Of a stretch of DNA of 64,000 bases, positions 1-12,419 are shown piece after piece. The stretch spans positions 37,552,102 through 37,616,101 of the forward strand of contig NC_068997.1 in the NCBI RefSeq assembly GCF_001194135.2, read 5' to 3'. The notes beneath the pieces were generated by a model, which saw only the letters and a list, made by a program, of their open reading frames with translations, did no database searches and was not told the DNA's origin. How positions within the stretch are numbered: the first letter of the stretch is position 1; each line of letters begins with the position of its first letter. The DNA is from Octopus bimaculoides (taxonomy: Eukaryota). The translations under genes were made by a program, and so were the position numbers.

Positions 1-31
<31 letters not shown>

Positions 32-647
32 GTATGTATATATATCTATATACACATACACACACATGTATATATATGTTTGTATATATTTTTACATGTA
101 TGTGTACATGCGCACACACACACAGACACAGACACACAGGCACATGTATAAGTATATATATATATGTGTGTGCGAGTGTGTGTGTGTGTATATCAGTTCA
201 TGTTGTGTGTACATCTGGTGACAAGATATGTTAAGCTTTACAACATTCAGCAATTTTTTTTTTGTAAGATCATGTCATTCGTGGATTTCACCATCATTTG
301 AGTGGATTAAAGCCTTCCACTTTGAATCTTGGTACATATGAAATCTATAGTTAGCATTTGTTAATTTTCAATGTTAATATTTAAAATCATAAATAGTTAT
401 AGAAATAAAATATACAACAATATTTATTAATTTTGTAAATTCTGATCCATCATAGAATTTTAGGAAAATTTCACTTTTCTGTTCGTCATTCTATTATGTC
501 ATTTACATTTTATGTGTAAGTATATAAATGTGCATATACTCATTGTGTGCGTGTGTGTGTATGTGCACGCATATGTATGTGTGTGTGAGTGTGCGTGTGT
601 GTGTAGAGAGAGAGAGAGATATATCTATCTATCTATCTATATGTGTG

Positions 648-678
<31 letters not shown>

Positions 679-694
679 TATGCACACATATATG
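1..694. repeat. Compound (TA)/(TG)/(CA)/(GA) microsatellite clusters (1-190, 540-694)
   Basis: Directly visible. Confidence 0.9.
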
Positions 695-1147
695 NNNNNN
701 NNNNTACATACACAAAATTGACTAAAACACATAGAAACTATCCATATCATGTGAATCTGTATTTTAAAATTTTAGTAAGCATTTTCGTGTACTCCTACAC
801 ATGCATGTTTATTACTTAAATAAATTAGGAAGAAAAAGGGGGAAAATAGATAATTTGTTTGCTCAGTAAAAACAATTATTTTTGATTTTATTTCTGATGG
901 AAAACAACTAGATATGCAATTATTAATGATTATTAAATGTCAAAATATAGAAAAACATTATATATTATAAAGTCTTGCAAAATAATAGTTTACCTTGCTC
1001 AATAAATGCAAAATACTTTTGAAAACATAGGAATGACATCAGAATGAAAGGAAAAATTTTTGTTACAAAAAATTTATTAATATGGATGGTAAAATAGCAA
1101 AACTACCATTGAGCAGTTTGTATTATTAAAAAGCCTTGACACAGAAA

Positions 1148-1149
<2 letters not shown>

Positions 1150-1207
<58 letters not shown>

Positions 1208-1210
1208 TAT
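1150..1210. repeat. (ATT)n microsatellite
   Basis: Directly visible. Confidence 0.95.
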
Positions 1211-1429
1211 GTTAGAAATCATTATTAGATACTTAAATGGGAAAAATGGGAACATATTTTAAGCCAATACTAAAACAAGTATCTATTTTTTTCATTGAAT
1301 GTTCATTCTCATCTATGTTTAGTGTAATGAAAAAGATGAAATTCAAAATTGATGAACTTCAACTCTACTTTTGTTTATTAAGGACCCGTATACATACATA
1401 CATACATACATACATACATACATACATAC

Positions 1430-2341
1430 ATGGCAGTGATCTCCTATACAGCCCCAAAACAGTTGGGCCCTCGTTACCTCAGAGAAGACCTGGATGGAAA
1501 GCATTCAGCATACAACAAAAAGACTATGCAGGGTATGTTGCCTGGAAACTTGAAGAAGACAGTAAAATTGACACAAAGCACAGCCTTTCTTGGACACAAG
1601 ACCACTACATCACATCACATTTTGAAGGCTATGTGTTTGTAATCCAGGAACAGGAGATTGCCACAAAGTACCTGGTGAACAAGAGAGACAGTGATGCAAT
1701 CGCAGGTGTAGGCTATGTCATGTTTCCGTGGAAGACATCATGCATGTCCTAAAATGTCATAGTTCTACCTCCTTATGTGGCACGATGTTGTTGCTAAAAC
1801 AATTTACAATGACATCCACAAAAAACTGTCCTGAAATAAACTTAGAAAATCTTTCTGTTCTGGAATACATTCATAAACACCAACTCAAGGAATATTGGTG
1901 GAATATTCCCATCAAAACTTCTATCAAATTTAAACATAACAGGCTGGATATTGTTGTTTGGGACAGAGGGGCAACAGTATGTACCATCATAGAGGTCAGC
2001 TGCTTTGCAGATATAATTATCTCTTTGAAAATGCAAGAAAAAGAGGAAAAGAGGATATATATGGACAACTGCTTTGAAACCTCCAGGTTCTATATCCAGA
2101 CTATGAATTCATTCTTACCAATAATAATTGGAGCACTAGGTTTTGTTAGTAAATGATTAAAGGAGAATCTGGATAAACTGGGATTTTCAGAAAGAGAAAT
2201 TGATCAACTAATTCGTACATTACAAGTGCAATCTGTGAGTGGAACAGTAAAAATATGCAAGACTTTTCTCAAGTTCCAAATGTGAATTTGCCAGTGTTAA
2301 CTACATCCCTCCTCAGTGGAAGATTGCTAATAATTAAAAAA
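1430..2341 (+). mobile_element. 5'-truncated RLE-type non-LTR retrotransposon (R4/Dong-like), 3' end
   Basis: Frameshifted translation gives ...EGYVFVIQEQEIATKYL..., zinc knuckle CRLCHVSVEDIMHV (from 1707), WHDVVAK (RHD motif), RLDIVVWD (PD motif), CTIIEVSC..D.IIS.K..EKE and terminal KTFLKFQM*. Starts right after a (TACA)n tract. Confidence 0.8.
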
Positions 2342-2350
2342 TAGAAGAGG

Positions 2351-2388
<38 letters not shown>

Positions 2389-2444
2389 AACACACACACA
2401 CACACACACACATGTATACATATATATATATACCAGAGTAAGCA

Positions 2445-3300
2445 TATAAATGTGAAACAAGGTTGAAAAAATAGTACTCGAATACCAGAGGTAGAGTAAT
2501 ATGCTTTATTAAAAATCTGTGTTGCAGATGGAGCAGTTAGCTAGTGTGCATTGATTGCTGTCCCTTGCTCATTTCTTTGCTTGGTGTCTTCTCAGAGAAA
2601 GGCCACAGTGGGCTAGTTGTATGTAGACATACACCAATCAGTGCACACTAGCTAACTGCCCCATCCGTGACACAGATTTATGATGACGGGTAACTGTTGT
2701 GTATAAAATACAATGTAACAAATGCAACAAGTTCTATGTGGGTAGCACAACAAGGCCTTTACACATTCGCCTCAATGAACATCTGAGCATGAAAGCCTCC
2801 TCCTTCAGAAAACATCTAGACAGATACCAGAACACCGACAAAAGCATAACAGTCACAATTCAGGCCGATGAAAGAAATTTGGGTAATCTAAGAATTAAGG
2901 CAGCTATCCTCATAGACAGACTAGGGCTCCAAATTAACAGCAGGCTGGTGGTTGGCAATCAGTATATCATTTAGCTACATCTGGATGCATGTAGGTCTAT
3001 TTTTGACAACATGATCATGTATTAGGAAAAAGAAAAAAGAAACTGCATGTATAATACATAACTTAGAAGCAGTGCTACAGATGTGCCAGCACACATGAGC
3101 TTGAGACATGGCCACCCACACGCACTTCTCATGAAGAATTCCGGAAGGAGCTTTATGAGACCACTGCAGAGATGCTTCCGGGAAAAAAAATTCAGTAACT
3201 GCTGGAAAACTGACAACAGCAGTGACTCAACTAATTCCTAGTGATATCTGAAGAAGGAATTTTTCTATTCTGAAATATTATTATATCAGACTATGGATAA
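2445..3300 (+). mobile_element. Penelope-like element fragment: GIY-YIG endonuclease plus 3' pLTR-like region, with an inverted segment at the 5' side
   Basis: ORF 2699-2974 VYKIQCNKCNKFYVGSTTRPLHIRLNEHL...NLRIKAAILI...INSR is a PLE GIY-YIG domain. 45-bp inverted repeat 2513-2557/2635-2679. Hammerhead-like motif at 3242-3288. Confidence 0.8.
3242..3288 (+). ncRNA. Putative minimal type I hammerhead ribozyme in the PLE terminal repeat
   Basis: Stem I TGATAT(3242-47)/ATATCA(3283-88); core CTGAAGA(3248-54)+A; stem II GGAAT(3256-60)/ATTCT(3267-71); GAAA(3272-75); very short near-palindromic stem III; UH site at T3281-T3282. Confidence 0.55.
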
Positions 3301-3439
3301 TTAAATTATAATAGTTATTAAGTCCACTCTGCATTGTTGTGCCATTCAAGACACATTATATTTTACAAACAATACACAATGCTTCAAGCGAACTACAATA
3401 TATATGTTCAAATCTTATATAAATCTTGTTTCTCCATTA

Positions 3440-4041
3440 ATTTTGGTATTTATCACTCCACACTGTGCCTGCATCTCTCTCTTCCCCATTCACTCTTGCA
3501 ACCTACTCAATAGAATGTCTGCTCAGTTTTTGCCATCCTGTTTACTGTACAATCATCTCTATTCTACTACTCCCATGTCAAGTATCTCCTCACTCCTAGC
3601 ACTCCTGCATCACCCATTCCTTCCTTGAAGATTCACCCTTACACCTCATTATCAATTTCCGGATCCACCCTTATCCTCTCTTTTAAAACATGAGAAGTCA
3701 TATATCTCCTCTTCAGCAAGAAACCTGCTTGGTTCCAACCATTTTCTCTCATACTTTACCCCTCTTTATACTTTATTCTCCCAGCATAAAGTTCCTTTTC
3801 CCTGCTTGAAGTTCATGCAAGCTACATGGTGACCTCAGTAGTGCTAGTGGCATGAAAAAAGCACCCTGTACTAACTTTAAAGTTGTTGGTATTAGGAAGG
3901 GCGTTCAACATTAAAAACCATGCCAAACAGACACTGGAGCATGATGCAGTCTTTGGGACCATTGGATGCTATCAAACCATCCAACCCATGGTAGTATGGA
4001 ACATAAATGTTAAATGATGATGATGATGATGATGATGATGG
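3440..4041 (+). mobile_element. RTE-family LINE 3' UTR and tail fragment ending in (GAT)n
   Basis: Pyrimidine-rich segment, then GCTACATGGTGACCTCAGTAGTGCTAGTGGC...TTAGGAAGGGC...CCAACCCATGG...(GAT)n. The same tail follows RTE coding sequence at 19270-20565 and 40700-43760. Confidence 0.7.
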
Positions 4042-4106
4042 TTGTCTTGTATCTCTTTCATTGTTAGCCATAGAGAATCAAATACAAACATAAAAATACT
4101 TGCACG

Positions 4107-4260
4107 TGTGTCTGGGGAGAGTCATTCTGTTTAAAAGCCTTATTAATTAACACGCTCATCGGTTCGATTTCCACTCATTTACTTATTTATTTTTGCTAAA
4201 ATTTTTCTTGTTTCTTGCAACCTCTTCAATAGTTGTTGACTCTGTCTATTATTGGAGCTG
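4107..4260 (+). repeat. ~150-bp dispersed repeat, copy 1
   Basis: TGTGTCTGGGGAGAGTCATTCTG...TTCCACTCATTTACTTAT...TTGACTCTGTC; inverted copy at 5629-5778. Confidence 0.8.
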
Positions 4261-4317
4261 CATTCATTTTGTATGAGTTGTTTGTGTACATGTATATACA
4301 CATGTATAAACACATGT

Positions 4318-4479
4318 GCAGGAGTGGCTGTGTGGTAAGTAGCTTGCTTACCAACTACATGGTTTCAGGTTCAGTTTCACTGCGTGGCACCTTGGGCAAG
4401 TGTCTTCTACTATAGCTTCAGACCAACTGAAGTCTTGTGAGTGGATTTGGTAGATGGAAACTGAAAGAAACCCATCGTA
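4318..4479 (+). mobile_element. SINE family A, 5' head module ending in a (TA)n tract
   Basis: GCAGGAGTGGCTGTGTGGTAAGTAGCTTGCTT...GGCAAGTGTCTTCTACTATAGC...GTGGATTTGGTAGATGGAAACTGAAAGAA. At least 8 related copies in the window; tRNA-like A/B box remnants. Confidence 0.85.
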
Positions 4480-4669
4480 TATATATATATATATATACAC
4501 ACATANNNNNNNNNNNNNNNNNNNNNNNNNNNNNNNNNNNNNNNNNNNNNNNNNNNNNNNNNNNNNNNNNNNNNNNNNNNNNNNNNNNNNNNNNNNNNNN
4601 NNNNNNNNNNNNNNNNNNNNNNNNNNNNNNNNNNNNNNNNNNNNNNNNNNNNNNNNNTATATATGAAAG

Positions 4670-4999
4670 TGCATGGCTCAGTGGTTAGACCGTCGAGCTT
4701 ACGATCGTGAGGTTGTGAGTTCAAATCCTAGACAGGGCTGCGTGTTGTGTTCTTGAGCAAGACACTTTATTTCACGTTGCTCCAGTTCACTCAGCTGTAG
4801 AAATGAGTTGCAACATCACTGGTGCCAAGCTGTATTGGCCTTTGCCTTTCCGTTGGATAACACTGGTGGCGTGGAGAGGGGAAGCTGGTATGCATGGGCG
4901 ACTGCTGGTCTCTCATAAAACAACCTTGCCCGGACTTGTGCTTGGAAGGGTAACTTTCTAGCTGCAATCCCATGGTCAGTCATGACTGAAGGGAGGTCT
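4670..4999 (+). mobile_element. tRNA-derived SINE family B (~330 bp)
   Basis: A box TGGCTCAGTGG, B box GTTCAAATCC, then GCAAGACACTTTATTTCACGTTGCT...GAAATGAGTTGCAAC; second copy at 29536-29888. Confidence 0.85.
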
Positions 5000-5001
5000 C
5001 A

Positions 5002-5004
<3 letters not shown>

Positions 5005-5098
<94 letters not shown>

Positions 5099-5367
5099 TG
5101 TGTGTATGTATGTATGCGTGTGTGTATGTATATATATATGTATATGTGTGTGTATGTTTGTATGTATTCGGTGTATTCATGTGTTTGTGTGTTCATGTTT
5201 GTGTGTGTGTGTGTGTGAAATATGCGTGTGTGTATATGGTCATGTGTTTCAGTCTTTTTTTGTGTATGTGTGTATGTGAGTGTGCTTGTATGTCTATATT
5301 ACCTGTCTATTTACTTATCTATCAGTTTACTTACATACCCATTTACTTACTTATATATATGTATATG

Positions 5368-5421
<54 letters not shown>

Positions 5422-5825
5422 ACACACACAAAAACACACAAACAGGAACACACAAACACATGAATACACAGAACGAATACAAACGTACACACATGCATAC
5501 ATATATATATGCATACACACACGCATACATACATACATACATACATACATGCATATGTGTTTACACATGCTCACTGATGCACATACATGTGCACAAACAA
5601 ACAAGCAAACAAACAAAGAAAAAGAACACAGTTCTGATAATGGACAGAGTCAACGACTATTGAAAAGGTTGAAAGAAGCAATAAAAATTTTGGGAAAAAT
5701 AAGTAAATGAGTGGAAATCAAACTGGTGAGTGTGTTAATTAACAAGGCATTAAAGCAGAATGAATCTCCCCAGACACAATAATATATGTATATACTGATA
5801 GGCAGATAGACAGATAGAGATAGAT

Positions 5826-5879
<54 letters not shown>

Positions 5880-5880
5880 G
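5005..5880. repeat. Microsatellite cluster: (TA)n 5005-5096, (TG)n, (CA)n 5368-5430, (TACA)n, (GATA)n 5805-5880
   Basis: Directly visible. Confidence 0.9.
5629..5778 (-). repeat. ~150-bp dispersed repeat, copy 2 (inverted)
   Basis: The reverse complement aligns with 4107-4260. Confidence 0.8.
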
Positions 5881-5939
5881 CATGTAAAAATAACAAAATC
5901 ATAAAGATAGGTATGTGTGTATAACAAAACAAAGTCACA

Positions 5940-6660
5940 AATATAAGGGAGTCTTCACTGTGGAGAATCCTTAATCGATGCAATGTAAACAGGCAGACAC
6001 CAGAAAGAATTTCATTGTTTTGATGTGACACAGTTTTGTAAGTAGATGAATAATGTCACAGGTAAAATCCTTGGAAATGATAGAAAAAAACCTTTACAGC
6101 TATTTCTAGAATGGTTTCATAGTTGGTGCAGTTCTCAGCATGTTGCCTGCATTGAAATTTTGTAGCAACCTAGACCATCTTTGGAAGGCTAATGGGTAGA
6201 ATCTTGATGGATAAATGAGTGTATATGGTGAGAGGCAGATTTAAGAGAATGAAAATAGATTAAGAGAGGCAGGTTTATTAAAGATTTAAATCAAGAGGAA
6301 GATATTTAGATAAAATGCACTGTTTATATAGATAAGAGTAAGAGTTGTTTTAAGGTGAAGATATGGGAGAGAGGAGACAACTAGTGGAATGGTGAAGTGG
6401 AAAGATATGAGTGGAGTTGATTAGTTTAGCCAATTTATCAGGAGTTGGGTAAGGAGTGATAGAGAACCTGAAGGTATTGGGTGATCTTTGTGGTAAGTCT
6501 GGACAAGTGGTCAGCATATGATGGGTGGGAGGAGATGAGGTTAAGCAGAGAAAAAGGAAGAAGAAATATAGCTAATGCTGAGATAACTTGTTTCATAAAA
6601 TAGCTCACCACATCATAATCAATGTAGTCATAAGTATAAAGAGATTTGGGAAGTTTCAAG
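5940..6660 (-). mobile_element. Degraded CR1/L2-like LINE, RT C-terminal region
   Basis: Minus-strand translation has SYADHL (YADD-like) in ORF 6438-6659 and TYKTVSHQNNEIL (LYK..VRP.MEY-like) near 6040. Many stops. Confidence 0.5.
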
Positions 6661-6664
6661 TTTA

Positions 6665-6884
6665 CCCTTTAGCATTAATATAACTGTGTCAAATGTAATG
6701 CTTATTTGTTCAAATTATTTTGAATTAATCATATGTTATCTCATATCTTCAAGATTTTGATGAGGTGATTGTTTATTTTTAGAATGACATTGTTGGGTTG
6801 GTATGAGAGACTGGATTTGGTCAATTTGAGCATAAAGTAAGGAGAATATTTGAGCTGGATATGGCCAGTTTAGACGCTAAAGGG
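6665..6884. mobile_element. piggyBac-type MITE, 220 bp
   Basis: Terminal inverted repeats CCCTTTAGC(6665-73)/GCTAAAGGG(6876-84), flanked by TTTA (6661-64) and TTAA (6885-88). No coding capacity. Confidence 0.8.
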
Positions 6885-6999
6885 TTAATGAACATTGTAA
6901 TTTACAGTGGATAATTAATATACAATATATAATGAGGACATGAAGTAAATTTGAGAAATTTGCATTATGCAGCTATAATTAGTGTACATATATAGTTAG

Positions 7000-9240
7000 T
7001 GCAAAAATTTAATATTTATATATTTCATAATTTATGAGGCTACCAAGAAATGTAGGTGGAAAATGTAATATGAAGTACAACCTAAAATTTTTTAATTCAT
7101 ATATTTAATAAGAACTTTGAGAAATGAAGGTGGAAATCCAACGATGAAGTATAACCTTAAGAAGTTTGAACAAAGGTGCATGGTAAGTTATTTAAGGAAT
7201 ACAGTAAATAAGGTTTATGTGTGTGGTAAGTGATTGAATTAAGAGATGTAGTAAATAAGAATGTTCAGAATGCAGATATGAAAATAATGATCAAGTATAG
7301 TTTAAAGTGAAGAAGAGGTGTGTGGCATTTTAGTTATCATATGGGTGTGATCTACATAGATAGAGTCAAAGTGCAGCACTTAGGTCTATGGTAAAATGGG
7401 TAAGTTTTAGAGAATCAGTGAATACAGGCAGTAAAAGCTTGACTCTAGTAGTTCTGCAGGTAATGAGAGTTATGTTTAAAGATTTTCATCAATACTTTTG
7501 ATCGTAAATTGCACAGGATATTATTTCCCTGATATGGCTTCCTAGTACTGATGATAGACCAAGTAATTCTTTATGGTATGCTGTTATTCCTTACATTATG
7601 TATGTAGTTAGCTAGTAAGGTCGAATTATTGTGTTTAGCAGGAGAAAATAGCTAAGGTGAACTAAATATTGATATTTAAAGTTAACTGTGACACCAATAT
7701 ATACTTTATTGGAGCTCTGTTGGATAAGGACAGTGCATTTATAAATTACATTATTTCTACAGCAGTTGCCATCAAGGGGCAATCAGCAGGTATCCTACAG
7801 TTGCATATAATCCTATCAGATGTGCTTCAGTGTTGTTTGTAATTAATATTATTATTAAAATTTCTATTCCTAGTGTAATGCAAGTAAGTTCTATTGTTTA
7901 ATATCTTGCTGTGACTGGGTTTCCTATACTGTCAGTGTTCACATGTTCATCATTGCATTCTAGATTAACTGGAGATTTCTTGTCCAGTTTTTAGATGCTA
8001 CTATATCTAATATTATTATTTTTATCAGTATTTCCAAGTCTAGTGGAATTCATAATGGTATTATAACAATAATAGGTGCTCACATCAAATCAACTATCCT
8101 CATTGTTGTACCATCCCAGAATATATTCCATATTATATGTATTATTATTAGAGTGTGTAAGTCATCCCCACACTGAGCATTGTTACCTGTATTTTACCTT
8201 ATATTTTCATATTTACTCTTCTTATGATTATTATTTGCCCTATTATTATAGATATTATTCTCATTGTTATTATTGTTGTTGTGATTATTACTATCATTAT
8301 CACTATTCCTGTTAAGCTGGCCATGATTTTTAAAGCTTTCCATACTGTTATTACAGTTTCTGAGTTATAGTTATTACTATCATTATGAGTAGGGTGGTGT
8401 GAATTATAAAATAGTCTTTATGTCTATGATAGATCCAATATTAGGTGTAGCTGAGTATGACAATTGTGTGGTACTTATGTTGTGGGTAATAATACTAAAT
8501 AACTGTTCTGGCATCCCTTAACATTTAAGCTGAATAGAGGTGTATACCCTTTGGTATACACCTTGCTTCTTGTTCTTGTTAAATAATCCTGAGATTTAGG
8601 GAGGAGTTTAGTTTTCATTTTAGGGTCATTCCTCATGTGCTCTTGTGGTTTAACTTAAGTGGTGGGGGGATGTTGCCACAAACGTACCTGTGGCACGATG
8701 TAATGCTGGAATGAAATTGCTGTTGTTTGCAGAGTAGGTGTCCCAGTTAGAGTTAGGAATATTGAGTATGGCTTCTGTATGTTAGATTTAGGATCTAGCT
8801 TAGCTAAGCAATTCTTAAGTTTGGTGTTAGATAGAAAATTTTATTTTGTCAAAGAATCCTTGCTCACCAGCAAGTAGTGCTTGATTATAGTAAGGGACAT
8901 GGTTATTAAAAATTTCTTTGCTGACAGGTTAGAGATTCTAATGGAAATACTGTTTGACAATACTGATCTACGGTAGTCAGATTTAATATTGATATATTGA
9001 AAACGCTCATTTGCTTTGTGGTGTGGAGAATATAAGGATGAGATTAAATCTAAGGCAATGTTGAGGAAATTAGTTATTTTGTGGTTATCTCTATATGTTG
9101 TATAAATATAAATCTGTCATAATCTGGCTTCATGGCTGTTAATGATTTTGTTCTGTTATATACGTACCAGCCGAATTGGTACAGTGTCTATAGCTAATCT
9201 TCATTTGGGCAGCTATCATATTACTGCATTTAAAGCTGGA
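7000..9240 (-). mobile_element. Decayed Penelope-like element: RT thumb, Asn-rich linker, C-terminal GIY-YIG
   Basis: Minus strand: DNHKITNFLNIALDL...YSPHHKANE..YINIKS (about 9090-8980), SISIRISNLSA..IFNNHVPYYNQAL (about 8950-8870), CNCRIPADCPL.GNCCRNNVIYKCTV...KVYIGVT (7805-7690), ITWSII...PY...LCNL (about 7560-7505). The 3' boundary is uncertain. Confidence 0.8.
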
Positions 9241-9249
9241 ATTTAGACA

Positions 9250-11160
9250 CAAATTTGACTTGAGCACTCATTGAAATTTCTACCAACACCTATTCACCTT
9301 ATCGAATAAGGCCATTTTCACGAAGGGATTAGTGGTTTGTCTGTTTCCCTGCTAACTAGAACTTTGGTCATTGCTAAGTTAACTTGAAGGCCCTCTGATT
9401 CCAGGTTTTGCTTCCACACTTGGAATTCCACTTCTAATTCCACTACAGATTCAGCTATAAGAACAAAGTCATCAACATAGAGGAACTTCCACAAGCAACC
9501 CATCAGAAACTTCTCTGTTTTGGCCTGGAGAACTATGATTAACAGGAGGGGACTGAGAACTGAACCTTGTTGAATACTTACCTGCACACTAAATTCATTG
9601 CTGTATGCATTGTCAACTTTTATTTTACTGACAACACACCTGTACATTATTTGAACAGCTCTCACCAACCATTCATCTATCTTTAGCTTGTGCATTGACC
9701 ACCAGGTGAGGAAGCTAGGGACCTTGTCAAAGGCTTCTCCATAATGATAAATGCAAAGTATAGTACTTTATTTTTGGCTAACTACTTCTCTTGCTTGTGC
9801 CTTACTAAAATGAAAGCATCAATGGTATTCCTCCCTGGTATAAAACCAGACTTTCTCTTCTAAATTAGTTGAGTTATGACACTTTCTGTAACTTTAATGA
9901 CTTTGTCTAGCAACTTAATACTACAGTGATTATTTCTCTCTGAGGCATCTTCTTTGCCCTTGTAGGAGTTAACTACAATGCTTCTACACCAGTATTATGA
10001 TTCCTTCCTGTACTACATAATTAACTATATAGGTTACTAGGCTGTATCCCACTTTGCCAGGTAATTTAAGCATCTCAGCTTGGACCTGAAATTTAAGCAT
10101 CTCAGCCTTCCCTGTCTTTGTATCCTTGTCTTATCTAACATAAGATAACTATAATGGCCATTCCCACAGGCTGGTTCATTAGAAAGACTCCCCTTCTCCC
10201 ATGCCTTCTCCATATTTAATAGCCTCTCTCATAGTGACACTTCCATACTTCTTTCTGTTCAGAATTATGCAGCGCAAGTGTACTATCATCCATCCATACA
10301 CACTTATTGGACACACTGTCTTGCAACTGGAACACCATATGCCTCTAGCCTTCATGCCATAGGACATTGGTAGATCTCTTCCTTTCTACTTCTCTTCTTA
10401 CTAGATAAACCTATTGCCTAGCCTCTCTTCTAGGTACCTGCTACATTTTTCTGCCACCTCTATTTTCCCCAATCCTTCCTTTTATGGTACTACTTCATTG
10501 TTCCACTATGACATTACCTTTCATCTGGCTGAAACTTTGTACCAGTTACAAAGTTGGTCTGTTGCTGTCAGTAGGTTGTCCCATAACAAGCTCCAGTTAT
10601 TCTGTATGTTATAGATCTCTAGCTCCTCCTTCTTGTTAAATGCCTCAACTAGAATGTCTCTAAATCTCTGACTGTTCAATTGATCATTGAGCTTCCATAC
10701 TTGAACTTCTCCACTTGCTTCAGTGGAACTCCCCTCACATGTAAATTGCACTGCACAGGCTTCCTTGAAAGGATGAGTGTCTCAATCTTCACAGCACTGA
10801 TTTTCATTCCTGCTGAGCAGCACCCAGTAGCAAATCTATCAAGTGTATTTCATAGATCATTTTCTGGTGAGTACTATGCTGTCTGAAAATTCCAGCCAAC
10901 TGATCCAACTGATCCTGAGCCAGTCTCAATTCCACTCCCAGCCTGGCTGCACATGTTAATCCTGCCCATAAAGATCGTGAATAGAGAAGTTTTGACTTTT
11001 ATCTTATACTCCTGCCATTTATACTCCTGCCATTTATCCTGTACTCCTACAGTGTCATCCGCAACAAGTCCCATGTAAGACCTTTAACAGGTCTACAAAA
11101 CAAGAATATGTCTCTTGACCATACTCTCCCAATTTCCAGAAGACCTGCCACTGTGTGAAT
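9250..11160 (-). mobile_element. RTE-clade LINE remnant (APE endonuclease to RT)
   Basis: ORF 9318-9695 has QQGSVLSPLL and FLYVDDFVLIAES...GLQVNLAMTKVLV, followed by a KWP.S...GVGRN (cysteine motif) relic. Upstream APE and linker relics in ORFs 10521-10751 and 10874-11074. Confidence 0.9.
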
Positions 11161-12419
11161 ATTTACTTTAAATTATAGCTTCCTCCACAAAGAAATCATG
11201 GTTTACACTGATGTTTCTTACAGTTATAAACCCTAACACTTAACCAATGGATTTTGTTAAAAAAAAATTGTAACAGATTTACTGCCTAAATAAACAGAAG
11301 CAGAGACATATATTTTTCTTAGAATAGTTCTTTTGAAATACTTATAAGCTCAGAGACAATCATTCTGCTATCCATTACAAGTGTAGTAGTTGTTGACTTG
11401 GATTTGTGAGCCTTTCAATGGCAGCAACTAAAATGAAAGCAGGTACTTTTGCTAAAAGGAATGATTTCAGTAACTAAGAGTAGAGAATAGTATTAAACAC
11501 CTTGTTGTAATTAAGCTAAACTTTCACAAGGTTTCTGTGATATTTTCTTAGTTTAGGGAGTATAACTCTATTTATCAAATGTTGTTTGGCACATCCTACA
11601 TGTACTTCTTACCATCTGTCTGTTCATAAGTATCTTTTTGGAATGACAATGGTCTTGAGGAATTGGTTGACACATCTGGTGTAAAATGTATACATAATGT
11701 TTATGTATCTATGCATGTATATATGTACATATATACATATGTATGTACACACACACACTCACACACACACACACACACACACACACATTCATAAACAGAA
11801 ATAGGGATTCAACAAGAAAGATAATAGCTGAGATTAGGGCATAATATTAACATTGCTATCCTTCTGAAAATCCAGGAATTGCAATGGTGGAGAGTATATA
11901 ATAATTAGCCAAAATTCAGAGAAGTGAGAGATGAAATAACTTGTTCACTTGTGACAGGATACAGATTATGAAACAATTGTCAACAAATGGAATGAATATT
12001 TCAACTCTCACTTCTCTGAATTTTGATTAATATCTATCTGTTAATGTATATATTTATATATAGTTTTGAGTAAGACCACACTTGAGATAAAGTGAAGAGG
12101 AAAGGAGAGGAAAAGGTTAGGAGTGGGAGGCAAGGAGCATGATTACTCCTAGAAATCTGGACTTCCATAATAAGAATGACATAAAATTGGTCAGACTATC
12201 AGATTGCATATATACAGATAGCTTCCTTGATAGGTACATGTACAATTGTACAGACATATATGCAAGTAAAAATGCAATGGGATATACACTAATATTTAAA
12301 CCTATACTTAGACATGAACACAAAATGAGAATCTTGATAGAGAAAGTAGAGGGGAAAAGATACCTGAAATAGATGAGATAGCTGGAAGGATGGAAGGCAG
12401 AATCAAAGGAATTTGCAGT

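Noticed and set aside
4670-4745. tRNA-like sequence with A and B boxes (also 29536-29610)
   Set aside because: It continues into a SINE body present twice and lacks a proper acceptor stem, so it is a SINE head and not a tRNA gene.
12139-12372. 77-aa ORF MITPRNLDFHNK...
   Set aside because: No recognisable domain or splice signals, and it lies next to decayed PLE sequence.
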